From positions 8-64,007 of the forward strand of contig JAADDE010000057.1 in assembly GCA_013154085.1 (NCBI GenBank): DNA of 64,000 nt. The letters are read 5' to 3'. Position numbers and translations under genes: made by a program. This document shows positions 17,741 to 27,398 of this stretch, one piece after another; within the stretch, counting starts at the first letter, position 1; each line of letters opens with the position of its first letter. This DNA comes from Thermoproteota archaeon. Its GTDB lineage: Archaea; Thermoproteota; Thermoprotei_A; Sulfolobales; Ignicoccaceae. Under the pieces are notes generated by a model that was given only the letters and a program-made list of their open reading frames with translations, had not been told where the DNA came from and made no database searches.

Positions 17741-18268
17741 ATGGCCGGTAAGGTGAGGGCCAAGGTGATAAAGGTCGGTGACAATATAGATACCGACGTC
17801 ATAATACCGGGTAGGTACTTGATCTACACGGATCCGGAGACATTGGGTAAGCACTGCTTCGAGCCCATAATGCCGGACTTCTATGAAAAGAGCAAGAAGC
17901 TCGGGGGCGTGATAGTGGTCGCCGGCAGGAACTTCGGCATGGGCAGCTCCAGGGAGCAAGCCGTGGTTGCGCTAAAAGGAGCCGGGGTCAAGGCAGTGGT
18001 CGCCGAGAGCTTCGCGAGAATATTCTACCGGAACTGCATAAACCAAGGCCTTCCGGCGGTGGCCGTCAAGGGGATAAGCGAGGTCGTCGAGGACGGGGAC
18101 GAGGTCGAGGTGGACCTCGAGGAGGGCAAGGTGAGGGTTTACGACCCTCAGGGCAACTTGAAGAAGGAGTTCGACGTGCCCAAGCTCCCCCCAGCCCTCT
18201 TAGAAATACTGGAGAGCGGAGGACTGGTTCCATATCTGAAGAAGAAAATGTCGGTGACCAAGACATGA
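17741..18268 (+). CDS. leuD: 3-isopropylmalate/homoaconitate dehydratase small subunit
   Basis: [34 protein letters not shown]. Confidence 0.9.
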   Translation: MAGKVRAKVIKVGDNIDTDVIIPGRYLIYTDPETLGKHCFEPIMPDFYEKSKKLGGVIVVAGRNFGMGSSREQAVVALKGAGVKAVVAESFARIFYRNCINQGLPAVAVKGISEVVEDGDEVEVDLEEGKVRVYDPQGNLKKEFDVPKLPPALLEILESGGLVPYLKKKMSVTKT

Positions 18269-19113
18269 AGGCTGTGAAGTTTAAGGGAGACATAGCAGTA
18301 GAAGAGGTCCCGGTCCCGCCCATACCGCGGGACCACGTGCTGATAAGAGTGAAGATGGCCAGCGTCTCCCCGCTAGAGAGGGGGCTGGAGAAGGGCAACT
18401 TGTGGGTCGAGCCGGAGAGGATACTGGGCTTGGAGGGCTACGGAATAATCCTCGAAAAGGGCGTCGAGGTTGAGGAGGAAGAGGGCAAGGAGGTCCTTGT
18501 GGACTCCTACGCGGACGGAATCTTGGGAGTTACCAGAGAGGGCGCGCTGGCGGAGTACTTGGTGGTCCCTCGGGAAGCGGTGAGCGACGCCCCGGACGTC
18601 CCGGAATATGCCAAAGCCTTGGCCAGCGCCGGTGCCTTGGCCCTTAGAATAGCGGAGGAGACCTCGGATAAGAAGACACTGCTCATAGGCTCTGGGCTGA
18701 CAAACGTGCTGGCGTCGTTCAAGCTCTCTTGGGAGGCGCCCCTCCTCCCTTGGGGAAGGGAGATAAGTTTGGACTTGAACTACTTTCCGACCATGGCCTC
18801 GGCGTGCACCCAAGAGTGGGACGCCGTGGTCGTCTCGGTGCCGGAGGCCAGCGCCGTAGATACCGCAACCATGTGCGTCAAGGAGGGCGGCAACATATAC
18901 CTACACCCGCTGGTTGACTACTCCAAGCACGTATTCGCCGGAAAGAAGGTGAACATAGAGGTCTTGAGGGGGGCAGACTTGGGCGAGGGAGCGCGGCTGG
19001 TCGCCTCGCTTCCCAGCCGCTACTTGAGGGAGCTTGTTGAAGAGGTAAGGGACATCCGCGAGGCGATAACATCTTCCTTGTCCAGAAGCTTGATAAGGCC
19101 CGACGCGCTGTAA
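18265..19113 (+). CDS. Degenerate medium-chain (GroES-like) alcohol dehydrogenase family protein
   Basis: MKAVKF...VLIRVK, ILGLEGYG, GALAEYLVVP; zinc ligands missing. Confidence 0.65.
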   Translation: MKAVKFKGDIAVEEVPVPPIPRDHVLIRVKMASVSPLERGLEKGNLWVEPERILGLEGYGIILEKGVEVEEEEGKEVLVDSYADGILGVTREGALAEYLVVPREAVSDAPDVPEYAKALASAGALALRIAEETSDKKTLLIGSGLTNVLASFKLSWEAPLLPWGREISLDLNYFPTMASACTQEWDAVVVSVPEASAVDTATMCVKEGGNIYLHPLVDYSKHVFAGKKVNIEVLRGADLGEGARLVASLPSRYLRELVEEVRDIREAITSSLSRSLIRPDAL

Positions 19114-19156
19114 GGGATATTTCCGCTACTGCGCGCTCTCTCAACGGCCCGCAGTA

Positions 19157-20305
19157 ATGCTAGTTGACTCACACTTCCACCTCTCTTGGACTGCCCGCTC
19201 GAAGATAGACTTGAATCTGAGGGATGCAAAGGATATCAATGAGGTTTACTCGAAAGTCAAGGCGGAGGCCGAGAAGGGGGGTACCTACTCCGGGTGGATC
19301 GTGGGCACGCTCCTCCCGATAAGGCTGGCAAAGCTGATCGACCGAGACCTCTTGGATGAGGCCTCCCCGACCTTGCCCGTTTCGCTGGCCACTAGAGATG
19401 GGCATATGGCCGTCGTGAACAGCAAGGCGCTGGAGATGGGCAAGCTGGACTGCAGGGTTGAGGGCGTCGAGTGCGAGGGCGGGAGGCCCACCGGGAGGAT
19501 ATATGAAGAAGCCATGCGGAGGCTCCGGAAAGTTATGCCGGATCCGGACGTGCGCGCCCTCTTCAGAGCGTTCAAGGAAGTCCTCGACGAGCTCAGAGAA
19601 GGCGGAGTGAGGCAAGTGCACAGCATGTCGTCCCGCTGGCTGGAAATAAAGCTGGTGGAGGAGCTCAACCACGAGGTAGAGGTCTACCACTACACGCCCT
19701 CTGGAGGACCTCTCGAGGGCGCGGTCGGTGTTAAGCTGTTCGCCGACGGCGTCATAGTACACGGAACGGCGAGGACGGACGGCAGAGGAAAGCTGTACTT
19801 GAGCGCCGCCGAGCTGGCGTCGTGGCTTAGGAAGGCGAAGTCCGAAGGCTTCCAAGTGGCCGTCCACGTTATGGGAGACGAGGCTCTGGATATGGTGATG
19901 AGTGCTTTTAGAAAGGCGGAGGTGCCGAGCAGAGTGCTGAGGATAGAGCACGCCGCGCTGGTGAGGGACGACCAACTGGAGCCGCTGGCCGAGCTCGGAG
20001 TTCCGGTGACCGTTCAGCCCGGAATAATGGAGGCGGTCGGCGTAGAGGAATTCAAGAAACTGTTGGGCAACAAGTGGAAGATGTTCATGAGGGTGAAGGA
20101 CTTCCTCGAGCACAGGATAAAGGTCTACGGAGGAAGCGATCACCCGGTCGGGCCTTGGAGGCTGGAGGAGATTAAGAGGTACTACAGGGAGCTCTGGAGG
20201 CCCCCCACAGAGGAGGAGATAATGAGACTCCACACAACCGGCTGGGAGCTCGTGGGGATGATCGGGCCCGAAAGGCAGATGGGTGAAGAGATTGGCCTTT
20301 GGTGA
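19157..20305 (+). CDS. Amidohydrolase family 3 (YtcJ-like) protein
   Basis: DSHFH, DGHMAVVNS, KLFADG, HVMGD, RIEHA, GSDHP. Confidence 0.85.
   Translation: MLVDSHFHLSWTARSKIDLNLRDAKDINEVYSKVKAEAEKGGTYSGWIVGTLLPIRLAKLIDRDLLDEASPTLPVSLATRDGHMAVVNSKALEMGKLDCRVEGVECEGGRPTGRIYEEAMRRLRKVMPDPDVRALFRAFKEVLDELREGGVRQVHSMSSRWLEIKLVEELNHEVEVYHYTPSGGPLEGAVGVKLFADGVIVHGTARTDGRGKLYLSAAELASWLRKAKSEGFQVAVHVMGDEALDMVMSAFRKAEVPSRVLRIEHAALVRDDQLEPLAELGVPVTVQPGIMEAVGVEEFKKLLGNKWKMFMRVKDFLEHRIKVYGGSDHPVGPWRLEEIKRYYRELWRPPTEEEIMRLHTTGWELVGMIGPERQMGEEIGLW
20255..20305 (+). ncRNA. Box C/D guide sRNA embedded in the last codons of the amidohydrolase gene
   Basis: C GGGATGA, guide TCGGGCCCGAAAGG, D' CAGA, TGG, C' GTGAAGA, guide GATTGGCCTTTG, D GTGA (contains the stop codon). 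Second guide complements 23S AAAGGCCAAUC. Confidence 0.62.
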
Positions 20306-20307
20306 CC

Positions 20308-21822
20308 TCACTCGTATTTTACCTTGATCTTCATTCCTATCCTGTCCTCAAGCTTCCTGAGCTTCTTTGCTTTCTTCATAACGTTCTTGCCGGCCCACTT
20401 GGGCACCGTCACCGTAACCACCCCGTCCTTTATCTCTACAGAGACGGCCTCTGGGAGGACCCTGTAGACGTAGCTCAGAACCTTCTCTTCGCCCCTGCGC
20501 GCCACCCTCTTTACGGGAACTACCATCGTCTGCTCGCCCCACGTGTAGATCTCGTACTCCAGCTCGCCGCTGAGGAAGTCCCTCACCTCCACCACCGGCC
20601 TGGCCAAGTCCGCTTCCTTCAGCCCGGTGGGCAACTTTACGGTCATCTGAAGCTCGTACACCTTCGCAACGCTCCCGCTGTCTATGAATATTATCGTGTC
20701 TACTATGCTTGGAATCATCCCCAGCTCCACCCTTCCTATGAGCCTCTGGACCGCGTCTATCGGCGTCGTCGCGTGCACCACTCCAACCATGCCTATTCCA
20801 GCCATTCTCAAATCCATGTATAGCTTGAAGTCTTCGTCTGTTCTCATCTCATCGAAGATCGTGTAGTCGGGCCTCGAGAGCAGCAATATGGCATAGAGCT
20901 CCTTGATGCTGCTGTGTTCCTTGGAGTACTGAGTCACGCTCGGCGGAAGCACCATGTCCCTGGGAGACTCGATCGTTTTAACGACCTTGCCCTTCCTGGC
21001 GTAGTACTCGGTCAGAGCTTGCGCGAAGGTGGTCTTGCCGGCGCCCGGCGCTCCGGCTATGAGTATGCCTTCGGCCCTCTCCTCGAGCCTTCTGATGAGC
21101 TTCTCCGGCAAGTCGTAGTCCTCAAGCCTGAGCTTGGCTATAGGCCTAACCGCGGTGATCTCCCACCCTTCAGATAAGGGCGGCCTGGTGATCACTATCC
21201 TGTACTTGCCCAGCTGAACTACCGTGGTCCCCGGCCTGTCTACCTCCACGTACGCGTCCTTCCTAGACTTGGCCGTTTCCAGGATCTCGAGCGCCATCTT
21301 CTCCAGCTCCGTGGCGGTGAGGGGTTCTGAGGACAGCTTGACCATCTCCCACTCTCCGGGCCTTCCCTTCTTTGCCTTCGGCACGTCTCCTTCCTTCAAG
21401 TGTATGCTCATTGTGTTTTCATCGAAGTACTCCTCAAACTTCAGCTTTGCCGGTCTGTACTCGCCCGCGAAGAAGACCTCGACCCCCATTGCGGCGGCCA
21501 CGAGCGCTTGCACCCTGTCGCCGGTCACTATGACTGCGCCCCGCTCCTTGGCAACCCTCCTCACCGCGTCGTCTACGTCCCTGTCCTTGACCTCAACTAC
21601 TTCGAGCTTTACCAACCCTTCCCTCTCAAAGTCTCTGAGCTTGTTCAGCTCCTCCAGCGCGGCCATGCCGGAGGCCAGCCCTCCCTTGGCCTGGGCCTCT
21701 ATCTCCTTCAGGAGAGCGGTCGGGAGGAGTATGGTGCCGTAGAGCAGTCCTTGCTCCACCAGCCTAGTTACTATTCCCCTCTGCACCGCGTTGAGGTCGG
21801 GCACGTATCGCTCGCTTTCCAC
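20308..21822 (-). CDS. PINA ATPase (PIN domain + P-loop ATPase + KH-like tail)
   Basis: YVPD PIN start, TGDRVQ, GAPGAGKTT, ESPRD, RPDYTIFDEMR, GVVHA. Confidence 0.92.
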   Translation of the reverse strand: MESERYVPDLNAVQRGIVTRLVEQGLLYGTILLPTALLKEIEAQAKGGLASGMAALEELNKLRDFEREGLVKLEVVEVKDRDVDDAVRRVAKERGAVIVTGDRVQALVAAAMGVEVFFAGEYRPAKLKFEEYFDENTMSIHLKEGDVPKAKKGRPGEWEMVKLSSEPLTATELEKMALEILETAKSRKDAYVEVDRPGTTVVQLGKYRIVITRPPLSEGWEITAVRPIAKLRLEDYDLPEKLIRRLEERAEGILIAGAPGAGKTTFAQALTEYYARKGKVVKTIESPRDMVLPPSVTQYSKEHSSIKELYAILLLSRPDYTIFDEMRTDEDFKLYMDLRMAGIGMVGVVHATTPIDAVQRLIGRVELGMIPSIVDTIIFIDSGSVAKVYELQMTVKLPTGLKEADLARPVVEVRDFLSGELEYEIYTWGEQTMVVPVKRVARRGEEKVLSYVYRVLPEAVSVEIKDGVVTVTVPKWAGKNVMKKAKKLRKLEDRIGMKIKVKYE

Positions 21823-21865
21823 CTTTTCTGACCCCCGATTCGGGCCGGAAGCGGGGTGATTAGTT

Positions 21866-22603
21866 TTGAACACCACGCTCTTGTTGCTGGCAGTGCTTAA
21901 CGTCACCCAAGGGACGCCGTTCTACGAATGCGAGCTCCACTCGGTAGTTTACCAAATGAGGGTAGGCAGTCTGCTGGCAACGGACTTCCTCGCTTGGCTC
22001 TTCAGCTCGCTCACCGATAAGGTCTACTGCTACTCCGGAAGGATCCTCCTTCCGCCGAACTCCACACTCAGATACTCAAACGCCACCGTTGCCACGCTGT
22101 TTTCTCACTTACCGAAGGTGAGGAACGTGGAGGAGCTGAGGATCAAGGGCGAGTGGTACTACGTAATGCTCTCCTCTACAGAATACTCCAAAAACGCGGA
22201 GGAGGCATTCTCGTGCTTGAAGAAGTGGGACGACCTAAGGGCGCTTTATTGCTTCCTTAAGCTGAGGGGCTACTACGAGCGCCTCTACGCAGGCCGGGTC
22301 GCCGTGGTGCGCAACCCTTGCTTGGCCGGAACCGAGGACCCCGGAGAGCTGTGGGCCCTGGCCTCCATTGCCAAAAGGCTGCGCGGGGGCAACCAGACCT
22401 TGGCGCTGAATGCGCTGTTCTCTTACTACGCCTATGTAGCTTATTACAACGCCAGCGACGTGGAATTCGCAAGAATGCTCGTCGCCGCCCTCACGAGAGG
22501 CCTCTGCAGCCCTCTGGAGGCCTCTCTGGCCCTGCTGTGCAAGCTTGCCACTCCCGACTGGCGCAGTTGCTATGCCTTGCTCACCTTCCTGCTGTGGAGG
22601 TGA
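21866..22603 (+). CDS. Hypothetical exported/membrane protein
   Basis: GGGGTGA Shine-Dalgarno, hydrophobic N- and C-termini, several Cys and N-x-T/S sequons. Confidence 0.55.
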   Translation: MNTTLLLLAVLNVTQGTPFYECELHSVVYQMRVGSLLATDFLAWLFSSLTDKVYCYSGRILLPPNSTLRYSNATVATLFSHLPKVRNVEELRIKGEWYYVMLSSTEYSKNAEEAFSCLKKWDDLRALYCFLKLRGYYERLYAGRVAVVRNPCLAGTEDPGELWALASIAKRLRGGNQTLALNALFSYYAYVAYYNASDVEFARMLVAALTRGLCSPLEASLALLCKLATPDWRSCYALLTFLLWR

Positions 22604-22643
22604 GAGAAATTACGCCCCTTCCGGACCACCGCTGGGTAGTAGC

Positions 22644-23786
22644 TTGGACGTGGAAGAAGCGATGAGGCTAATCTTGAGAGAGCCCACTGAAGAAGTGCTG
22701 ACGCAAGAACAGCTCAAGGAGTACTTGGAGACCGGAGTACCCCTCACCCACTACATAGGCTTCGAGATATCTGGCTTCGTCCACTTGGGCACTGGAATAG
22801 TAACCATGAGGAAGGTAGCTGACTTGCAGAGGGCCGGAGTTAGGACCAAGCTCTTCTTGGCGGACTACCACTCTTGGATAAACAAGAAGCTCAGCGGAGA
22901 CTTAGACACAATAAAGCGGGTTGCCTTGGGCTACTTCAAGGAGGCCCTCCTTCAGTCGCTGAGGGCGGTGGGCGGCGACCCGGAGGCAGTTGAGGTTATA
23001 CTGGCCTCGGAGTTCTTCGAGAAACTCGGGGTTAAGTACTTCGAGAACTTCTTGAAGGTATCGAACAGGCTCACGCTCTCTCGCGTAAAGAGGAGCATTA
23101 CTATCATAGGGAGGAGGCAAGGCGAGGGGGTGAGCTTCGGTCAGCTGGTCTACGTGCCGATGCAGGTGGCCGACATATTCTCCTTAGGCGTCAACTTGCC
23201 GCACGGAGGCATGGACCAGAGGAAGGCACACGTGATAGCAATAGAGGTCGGCCCCAAGGAATTCGGGTACAAGCCCGTTGCCCTGCACCACCACCTGCTT
23301 TTGGGCCTTCACTTGGACGAAGAGACGAGGAAGAAGCTCCTTGAGGCGAAGAAGAAAGGAGACAGGGAGGCCTTTGAAGAGAGCTTGATAGAAATAAAAA
23401 TGTCGAAGTCGATACCTCAGAGCGCCATCTTCGTCCACGATACTCCCCAAGAAATTAAAAAGAAGCTGAGAAAGGCCTTCTGTCCGATGGGAGAGGTAGA
23501 GATGAATCCCGTCCTCGATCTGGTGAGGTACGTGATCTTTCCGTGGCTTGAGGACAAAGGAGAGAAGTTCGTTGTTGTCAACAAGAAGACGGGAGAGAGG
23601 AGGGAGTTTGAGGGCTACAGCGACCTAGAGCGCGCCTTCGCACTGAAGGAGGTTCATCCGCTGGACCTCAAGATGGCCAGCGCAGAATACTTGATAGAGA
23701 TGTTGGAGCCCGTTCGAAAGCACTTCCTCGAGGGGCCCGGCAAGAAGTACCTAGAAGAAATGAATCAAATAAGGATAACGCGCTAG
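22644..23786 (+). CDS. tyrS: Tyrosine--tRNA ligase
   Basis: [36 protein letters not shown]. Confidence 0.95.
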   Translation: MDVEEAMRLILREPTEEVLTQEQLKEYLETGVPLTHYIGFEISGFVHLGTGIVTMRKVADLQRAGVRTKLFLADYHSWINKKLSGDLDTIKRVALGYFKEALLQSLRAVGGDPEAVEVILASEFFEKLGVKYFENFLKVSNRLTLSRVKRSITIIGRRQGEGVSFGQLVYVPMQVADIFSLGVNLPHGGMDQRKAHVIAIEVGPKEFGYKPVALHHHLLLGLHLDEETRKKLLEAKKKGDREAFEESLIEIKMSKSIPQSAIFVHDTPQEIKKKLRKAFCPMGEVEMNPVLDLVRYVIFPWLEDKGEKFVVVNKKTGERREFEGYSDLERAFALKEVHPLDLKMASAEYLIEMLEPVRKHFLEGPGKKYLEEMNQIRITR

Positions 23787-24523
23787 GCCTCGGGTAGCTT
23801 TATTTTGGTTCCTTCCCACAGCTCCTTCAAGTGCTCTATGCTTTCGGTTTTTGGTATTGGAATCACTACTGGCGAGCGCGACAGCAACCAAGCTATGACT
23901 ACAGAAGCCCTCGGCACTCCCAGCTTGTCTGCCAACTCCTTAACCCACGGTAAGTTGAGCGCCTCCCCGCGGTCCAGCGGGGTGTGCGCTTGCAACGCTA
24001 TGCCCCTCCTCTCCAGATCGGGAAGGATCTCCTCCGTCTTCCGGAACGTGGGACTGTACTTGTTCTGCACTGCCACAATCTCCACCTTCTTGGTCGCCTG
24101 CAGAGCCACTTCGTACTGCTCTTTGGTTACGTTAGATACGCCGATCATTCTTGCCAGTCCCATATCCACTGCCCTCTCCAGCTCTCTCACTTCGGTCGCA
24201 ATGTCCTCGGGCCAGTGCACGAGCACCAGATCCGGCACCTTACCTAGGCGCTCCACTTGCCTCTTGAGCGACTTTTCAAGATCATAGCGGATATTCCAAG
24301 GATACAGCTTGGTTGTGACAAAGATGTCCTTGCTTCCGTATCTTTCCATGGCTTCCCGTATCAAGGGTTCGGTTCTATACATTTCCGCCGTATCCACGAG
24401 GTTTATTCCGAGCTCAAACGCATAGATCAGGGTTTCCACGAACGCTTTAGGGTTCCTTACTGCCCACGAGCCGAGGCCTATGTCCGATACCTTTTCCCCA
24501 CCTATACGCCTCAACCTTCTCAC
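23783..24523 (-). CDS. Aldo/keto reductase
   Basis: GLGSW, DTAEMY, TTKL, LVHWP, IGVSN, IPKT. Confidence 0.9.
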   Translation of the reverse strand: MRRLRRIGGEKVSDIGLGSWAVRNPKAFVETLIYAFELGINLVDTAEMYRTEPLIREAMERYGSKDIFVTTKLYPWNIRYDLEKSLKRQVERLGKVPDLVLVHWPEDIATEVRELERAVDMGLARMIGVSNVTKEQYEVALQATKKVEIVAVQNKYSPTFRKTEEILPDLERRGIALQAHTPLDRGEALNLPWVKELADKLGVPRASVVIAWLLSRSPVVIPIPKTESIEHLKELWEGTKIKLPEA

Positions 24524-24528
24524 CCGGG

Positions 24529-24582
24529 TCGGGGGCAGAGGGGTTCAGCTCACCCTTCGCCCGGCCTAGCGGACCTCATCCC
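24529..24582 (-). ncRNA. Box C/D guide sRNA candidate overlapping THUMP gene stop
   Basis: C GGGATGA (contains the stop), guide GGTCCGCTAGGCCGG, D' GCGA, AGG, degenerate C' GTGAGCT, guide GAACCCCTCTGCCC, D CCGA. Confidence 0.5.
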
Positions 24583-25133
24583 CTATAGGGCTTTACCTTG
24601 AACACTTGCTCCGGGCGGTGTACGCTCACTCCGGCGAACTGGGACCCCCTTAGGGGCATGCTCTTTATATAGACGACCCACTTGTAGTTCTCCAAGTCCA
24701 CCGGTCTGTTCACGACCTCCGCTATCCTCCTTATTGCCTCCTCCTTAGGGAGCTCTTCCCACTCATCCCCCTTCAGCTCGAAGATTGGGCCCTCCAACGT
24801 TATCCTGTAGCTCTCGCCCTCCGGTATCTTCTTTGCTGCTTTTTCTACGGCTTTCACCACTTCCTCTATGTCTGCGGGAACTGAGTAGTCATAGGGAGTT
24901 ACCTTGAGTAGCACGGTGTACCGCGGATCAACCAGCTCCTTCAGCTTCTCCACAGCCTCGAAGGGATCTCCTTTGTACTTAATTATCAAATAGCTGGGCT
25001 GTTTCTTAACTACGAAAAAGTTCTTTCCCCAGTAGCTCCGCAGCTCGGCCTCAGCCCTGCTTTCCCTGCCCCTCCAGCACGACGCCGTCACGTTGAACTC
25101 GCTCACAGCAACCTTACCCAAGCTTGGGCACAA
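24576..25133 (-). CDS. THUMP domain RNA-binding protein (Tan1-like)
   Basis: RESRAEAEL, KVTPYD, ESYRITL, RPVDLEN. Confidence 0.8.
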   Translation of the reverse strand: MCPSLGKVAVSEFNVTASCWRGRESRAEAELRSYWGKNFFVVKKQPSYLIIKYKGDPFEAVEKLKELVDPRYTVLLKVTPYDYSVPADIEEVVKAVEKAAKKIPEGESYRITLEGPIFELKGDEWEELPKEEAIRRIAEVVNRPVDLENYKWVVYIKSMPLRGSQFAGVSVHRPEQVFKVKPYRG

Positions 25134-25166
25134 AGCCTCCCTATAGCTTTGTCCGGGGGACCTTCG

Positions 25167-25484
25167 GTGGACCTCTTGTGCGTCTTCGCGTCGGCTTCGG
25201 CGGCGATCTTCTCCTTGATGGCTTGGTCCAAAGCCTCCGAATGTTCATTGATACTAGATGCCCTCAGGAAGATTTACAGAGCCGTGAAGGCCAAGGAAGA
25301 TTGTCTGGGAAAGAAGGCGGTCCTCGCAGTGGTGGAGGCGGCGAGGCTCCTCTCTGAAGACGCCAAAGAGATGTATGAAAAGACAGGCGACGAGAAATAC
25401 CTAGAGATAGCGAGGAGGTGGGAGGAGTTCGTTAAAGCCAATAAGAATGCAGTGGAAAAGGTGCTGGGGTATCCTTCAAAATAG
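25167..25484 (+). CDS. Hypothetical helical protein
   Basis: Host-like codon use; fills the gap before the rpl12p promoter. Confidence 0.55.
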   Translation: MDLLCVFASASAAIFSLMAWSKASECSLILDALRKIYRAVKAKEDCLGKKAVLAVVEAARLLSEDAKEMYEKTGDEKYLEIARRWEEFVKANKNAVEKVLGYPSK

Positions 25485-25524
25485 CAATATAAACTGACTG
25501 CGTCCCAGCGGCGGTGGTGGGCAC

Positions 25525-25845
25525 ATGGAGTACATCTACGCAGCGCTGTTGTTGCACAGCGCAGGGAAGGAGATAACTGAAGAGGCAATAAAGAAGGTGC
25601 TCGAGGCGGCGGGCGTTGAAGTGGACGAGACTAGGGTGAAGGCCCTCGTCGCCGCCCTCAAGGAGGTGAACATAGAGGAGGCGATCAAGGGAGCGGCGTT
25701 CCCCGTGGCGGCAGCTCCGGTAGCGGCGGCTGCGCCGGCGGAGGAGAAGAAGGAAGAGAAGAAGGAGGAAGAAGAGGAAGAGGAGAAGAAGGAGGCCGTC
25801 AGCGAAGAGGAGCTCTCCGCCGGCCTCGGCGCCCTCTTCGGCTAA
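25525..25845 (+). CDS. rpl12p: Ribosomal stalk protein P1 (aL12)
   Basis: [11 protein letters not shown], Ala-rich hinge, acidic tail, GLGALFG. Confidence 0.97.
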   Translation: MEYIYAALLLHSAGKEITEEAIKKVLEAAGVEVDETRVKALVAALKEVNIEEAIKGAAFPVAAAPVAAAAPAEEKKEEKKEEEEEEEKKEAVSEEELSAGLGALFG

Positions 25846-25887
25846 ACCTTGTTTTTGTCTCCACACCGCCACCTCGAGGAGAACGCT

Positions 25888-26637
25888 ATGACGTTCGTGC
25901 CTCCCGACCATCCACGTTTTCTGTCCCTCATGTACCGCGAGAGGCTCGTGGAGAAGGTCAAGGAGGGCGTAGTGGTCCTCCAAGGACTCATCGCACACGG
26001 CCGGGGGGAGGCCTTCGACTACATACTGGGCGAGCAGAGCATTCCGCCGGCCCTAGAGGCTGAGCGCGTCGCGGCGGCGGAGCTGATGTTGGCTAGGAGG
26101 CCAGTTATCAGCGTCAACGGCAACACGGCCGCACTGATCCCCCGGGAGCTGGCAGAGCTGTCCAAGCTCACGGGAGCGCCTTTGGAGGTGAACCTCTTCT
26201 ACCGCTCAGAGGAGCGCGCGGCGCGGATAGCGTCGCTCTTGCAGATGCACGGGGCCGAGGAAGTGCTATGGGAACCCGAGACGGAAATAGAGGGCTTGAG
26301 GTCTGAGAGGAGAAAGGTCAGCTCAAGGGGCATTGCCGCGGCAGACGTGGTATTGGTGGCTCTGGAGGACGGCGATAGGACGGAAGCCCTCAAGAGGCTG
26401 GGAAAGAGGGTGATAGCGATCGATTTGAATCCGTTTTCGAGAACCTCGCTTACAGCCGATGTGACGATAATTGATAACGTTGTCAGGGCGGTGCCCAACA
26501 TAATAAGGTTCTATAAGGAGATGAATGAAGCAGAGGCCCGCGAGGCCGTCAGAAGGTTCAGCAATGAGGTAAATCTCAAGGAGAGCATCAAATGGATTAA
26601 GAAGTGGCTCGATCAGAAGATATCAGAGCTCTTTTAG
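25888..26637 (+). CDS. 4-phosphopantoate--beta-alanine ligase
   Basis: HPRFLSL, IAHGRGEAFDY, SVNGN, LEDGDR, DLNPFSRT. Confidence 0.92.
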   Translation: MTFVPPDHPRFLSLMYRERLVEKVKEGVVVLQGLIAHGRGEAFDYILGEQSIPPALEAERVAAAELMLARRPVISVNGNTAALIPRELAELSKLTGAPLEVNLFYRSEERAARIASLLQMHGAEEVLWEPETEIEGLRSERRKVSSRGIAAADVVLVALEDGDRTEALKRLGKRVIAIDLNPFSRTSLTADVTIIDNVVRAVPNIIRFYKEMNEAEAREAVRRFSNEVNLKESIKWIKKWLDQKISELF

Positions 26638-27342
26638 GAGCTCCGCTATCTCCTCGGTACTCAGCTTCCTCGCGACTTTGGTATCCGCCGGTACCACACC
26701 TATCTCGAAGTTCTCTGCCTTCTTCTCGCCCTCGCTGACCTTCAGTAGTGCTTTAAGAATCATCTTTATGGCATCTTTCAAGCTGACGTCGTATTTGTAC
26801 TCCTCTTCCAGCATGTCCATTATCTGGCTGTGGTTCTGGCCTATGGCGACTGCCATGTAGCTCATGTACTGGCCGGAAGGCTCAGTCATGAAGAGCTGTG
26901 GCTCATCGTCAACACCGGCTATTATGAGCGCGACTCCGAAGGGCCTTACGCCTCCGTGTTGCGTGTACACTTGCTTCAGGTCGCTCACCGCTCTAGTGAC
27001 GTACTCAACGGGAGCGGGCTCGTCGTACACGAAGCGGTAGTTCAGCGCGGCCCTCCTTGCCACCTCCACCAGCACCCTCCCGTCCGCAGCCAGTCCGGCG
27101 AAGCTGGAAATGATGTGCTTGTCTATGAAGAATATCTTTTCAAGGCGGTTGAAATCTATCAGAGGCTGGAGCTTCTTCCTCTCGACGGCGACGGCGACTC
27201 CTTCCTTGCACTTTATGCCTACGGTGCTCCACCCCCTCTTGACGGCCTCGAACGCGTACTCCACTTGGTAGAGCTTGCCCTCCGGGGAGAATACCGTTAT
27301 GGCTCTGTCGTAACCCATTTGCGAGGCGAACCCGAACGCCAA
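26623..27342 (-). CDS. psmA: Proteasome subunit alpha
   Basis: GYDRAITVFSPEGKLYQVEYA, RPFGV. Confidence 0.97.
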   Translation of the reverse strand: MAFGFASQMGYDRAITVFSPEGKLYQVEYAFEAVKRGWSTVGIKCKEGVAVAVERKKLQPLIDFNRLEKIFFIDKHIISSFAGLAADGRVLVEVARRAALNYRFVYDEPAPVEYVTRAVSDLKQVYTQHGGVRPFGVALIIAGVDDEPQLFMTEPSGQYMSYMAVAIGQNHSQIMDMLEEEYKYDVSLKDAIKMILKALLKVSEGEKKAENFEIGVVPADTKVARKLSTEEIAELLKEL

Positions 27343-27351
27343 CTTCGAAGC

Positions 27352-27375
27352 CCCGCGGGAGCTCCCGCGGGAGCT
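27352..27375. repeat. Palindromic tandem 12-mer in psmA leader
   Basis: CCCGCGGGAGCT x2; 27352-27371 is a perfect 20-bp palindrome. Confidence 0.6.
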
Positions 27376-27398
27376 AGTAAAAGGCTAGCGGGAAAAAA

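Noticed and set aside
19169-20311. 380-aa antisense ORF, and similar shadows such as 1366-2073, 4821-5519 and 33678-34565
   Set aside because: Mirror frames of well-supported genes in a GC-rich genome; no motifs
25725-25800. GAG/GAA/AAG low-complexity repeat
   Set aside because: Normal acidic tail of ribosomal stalk protein P1
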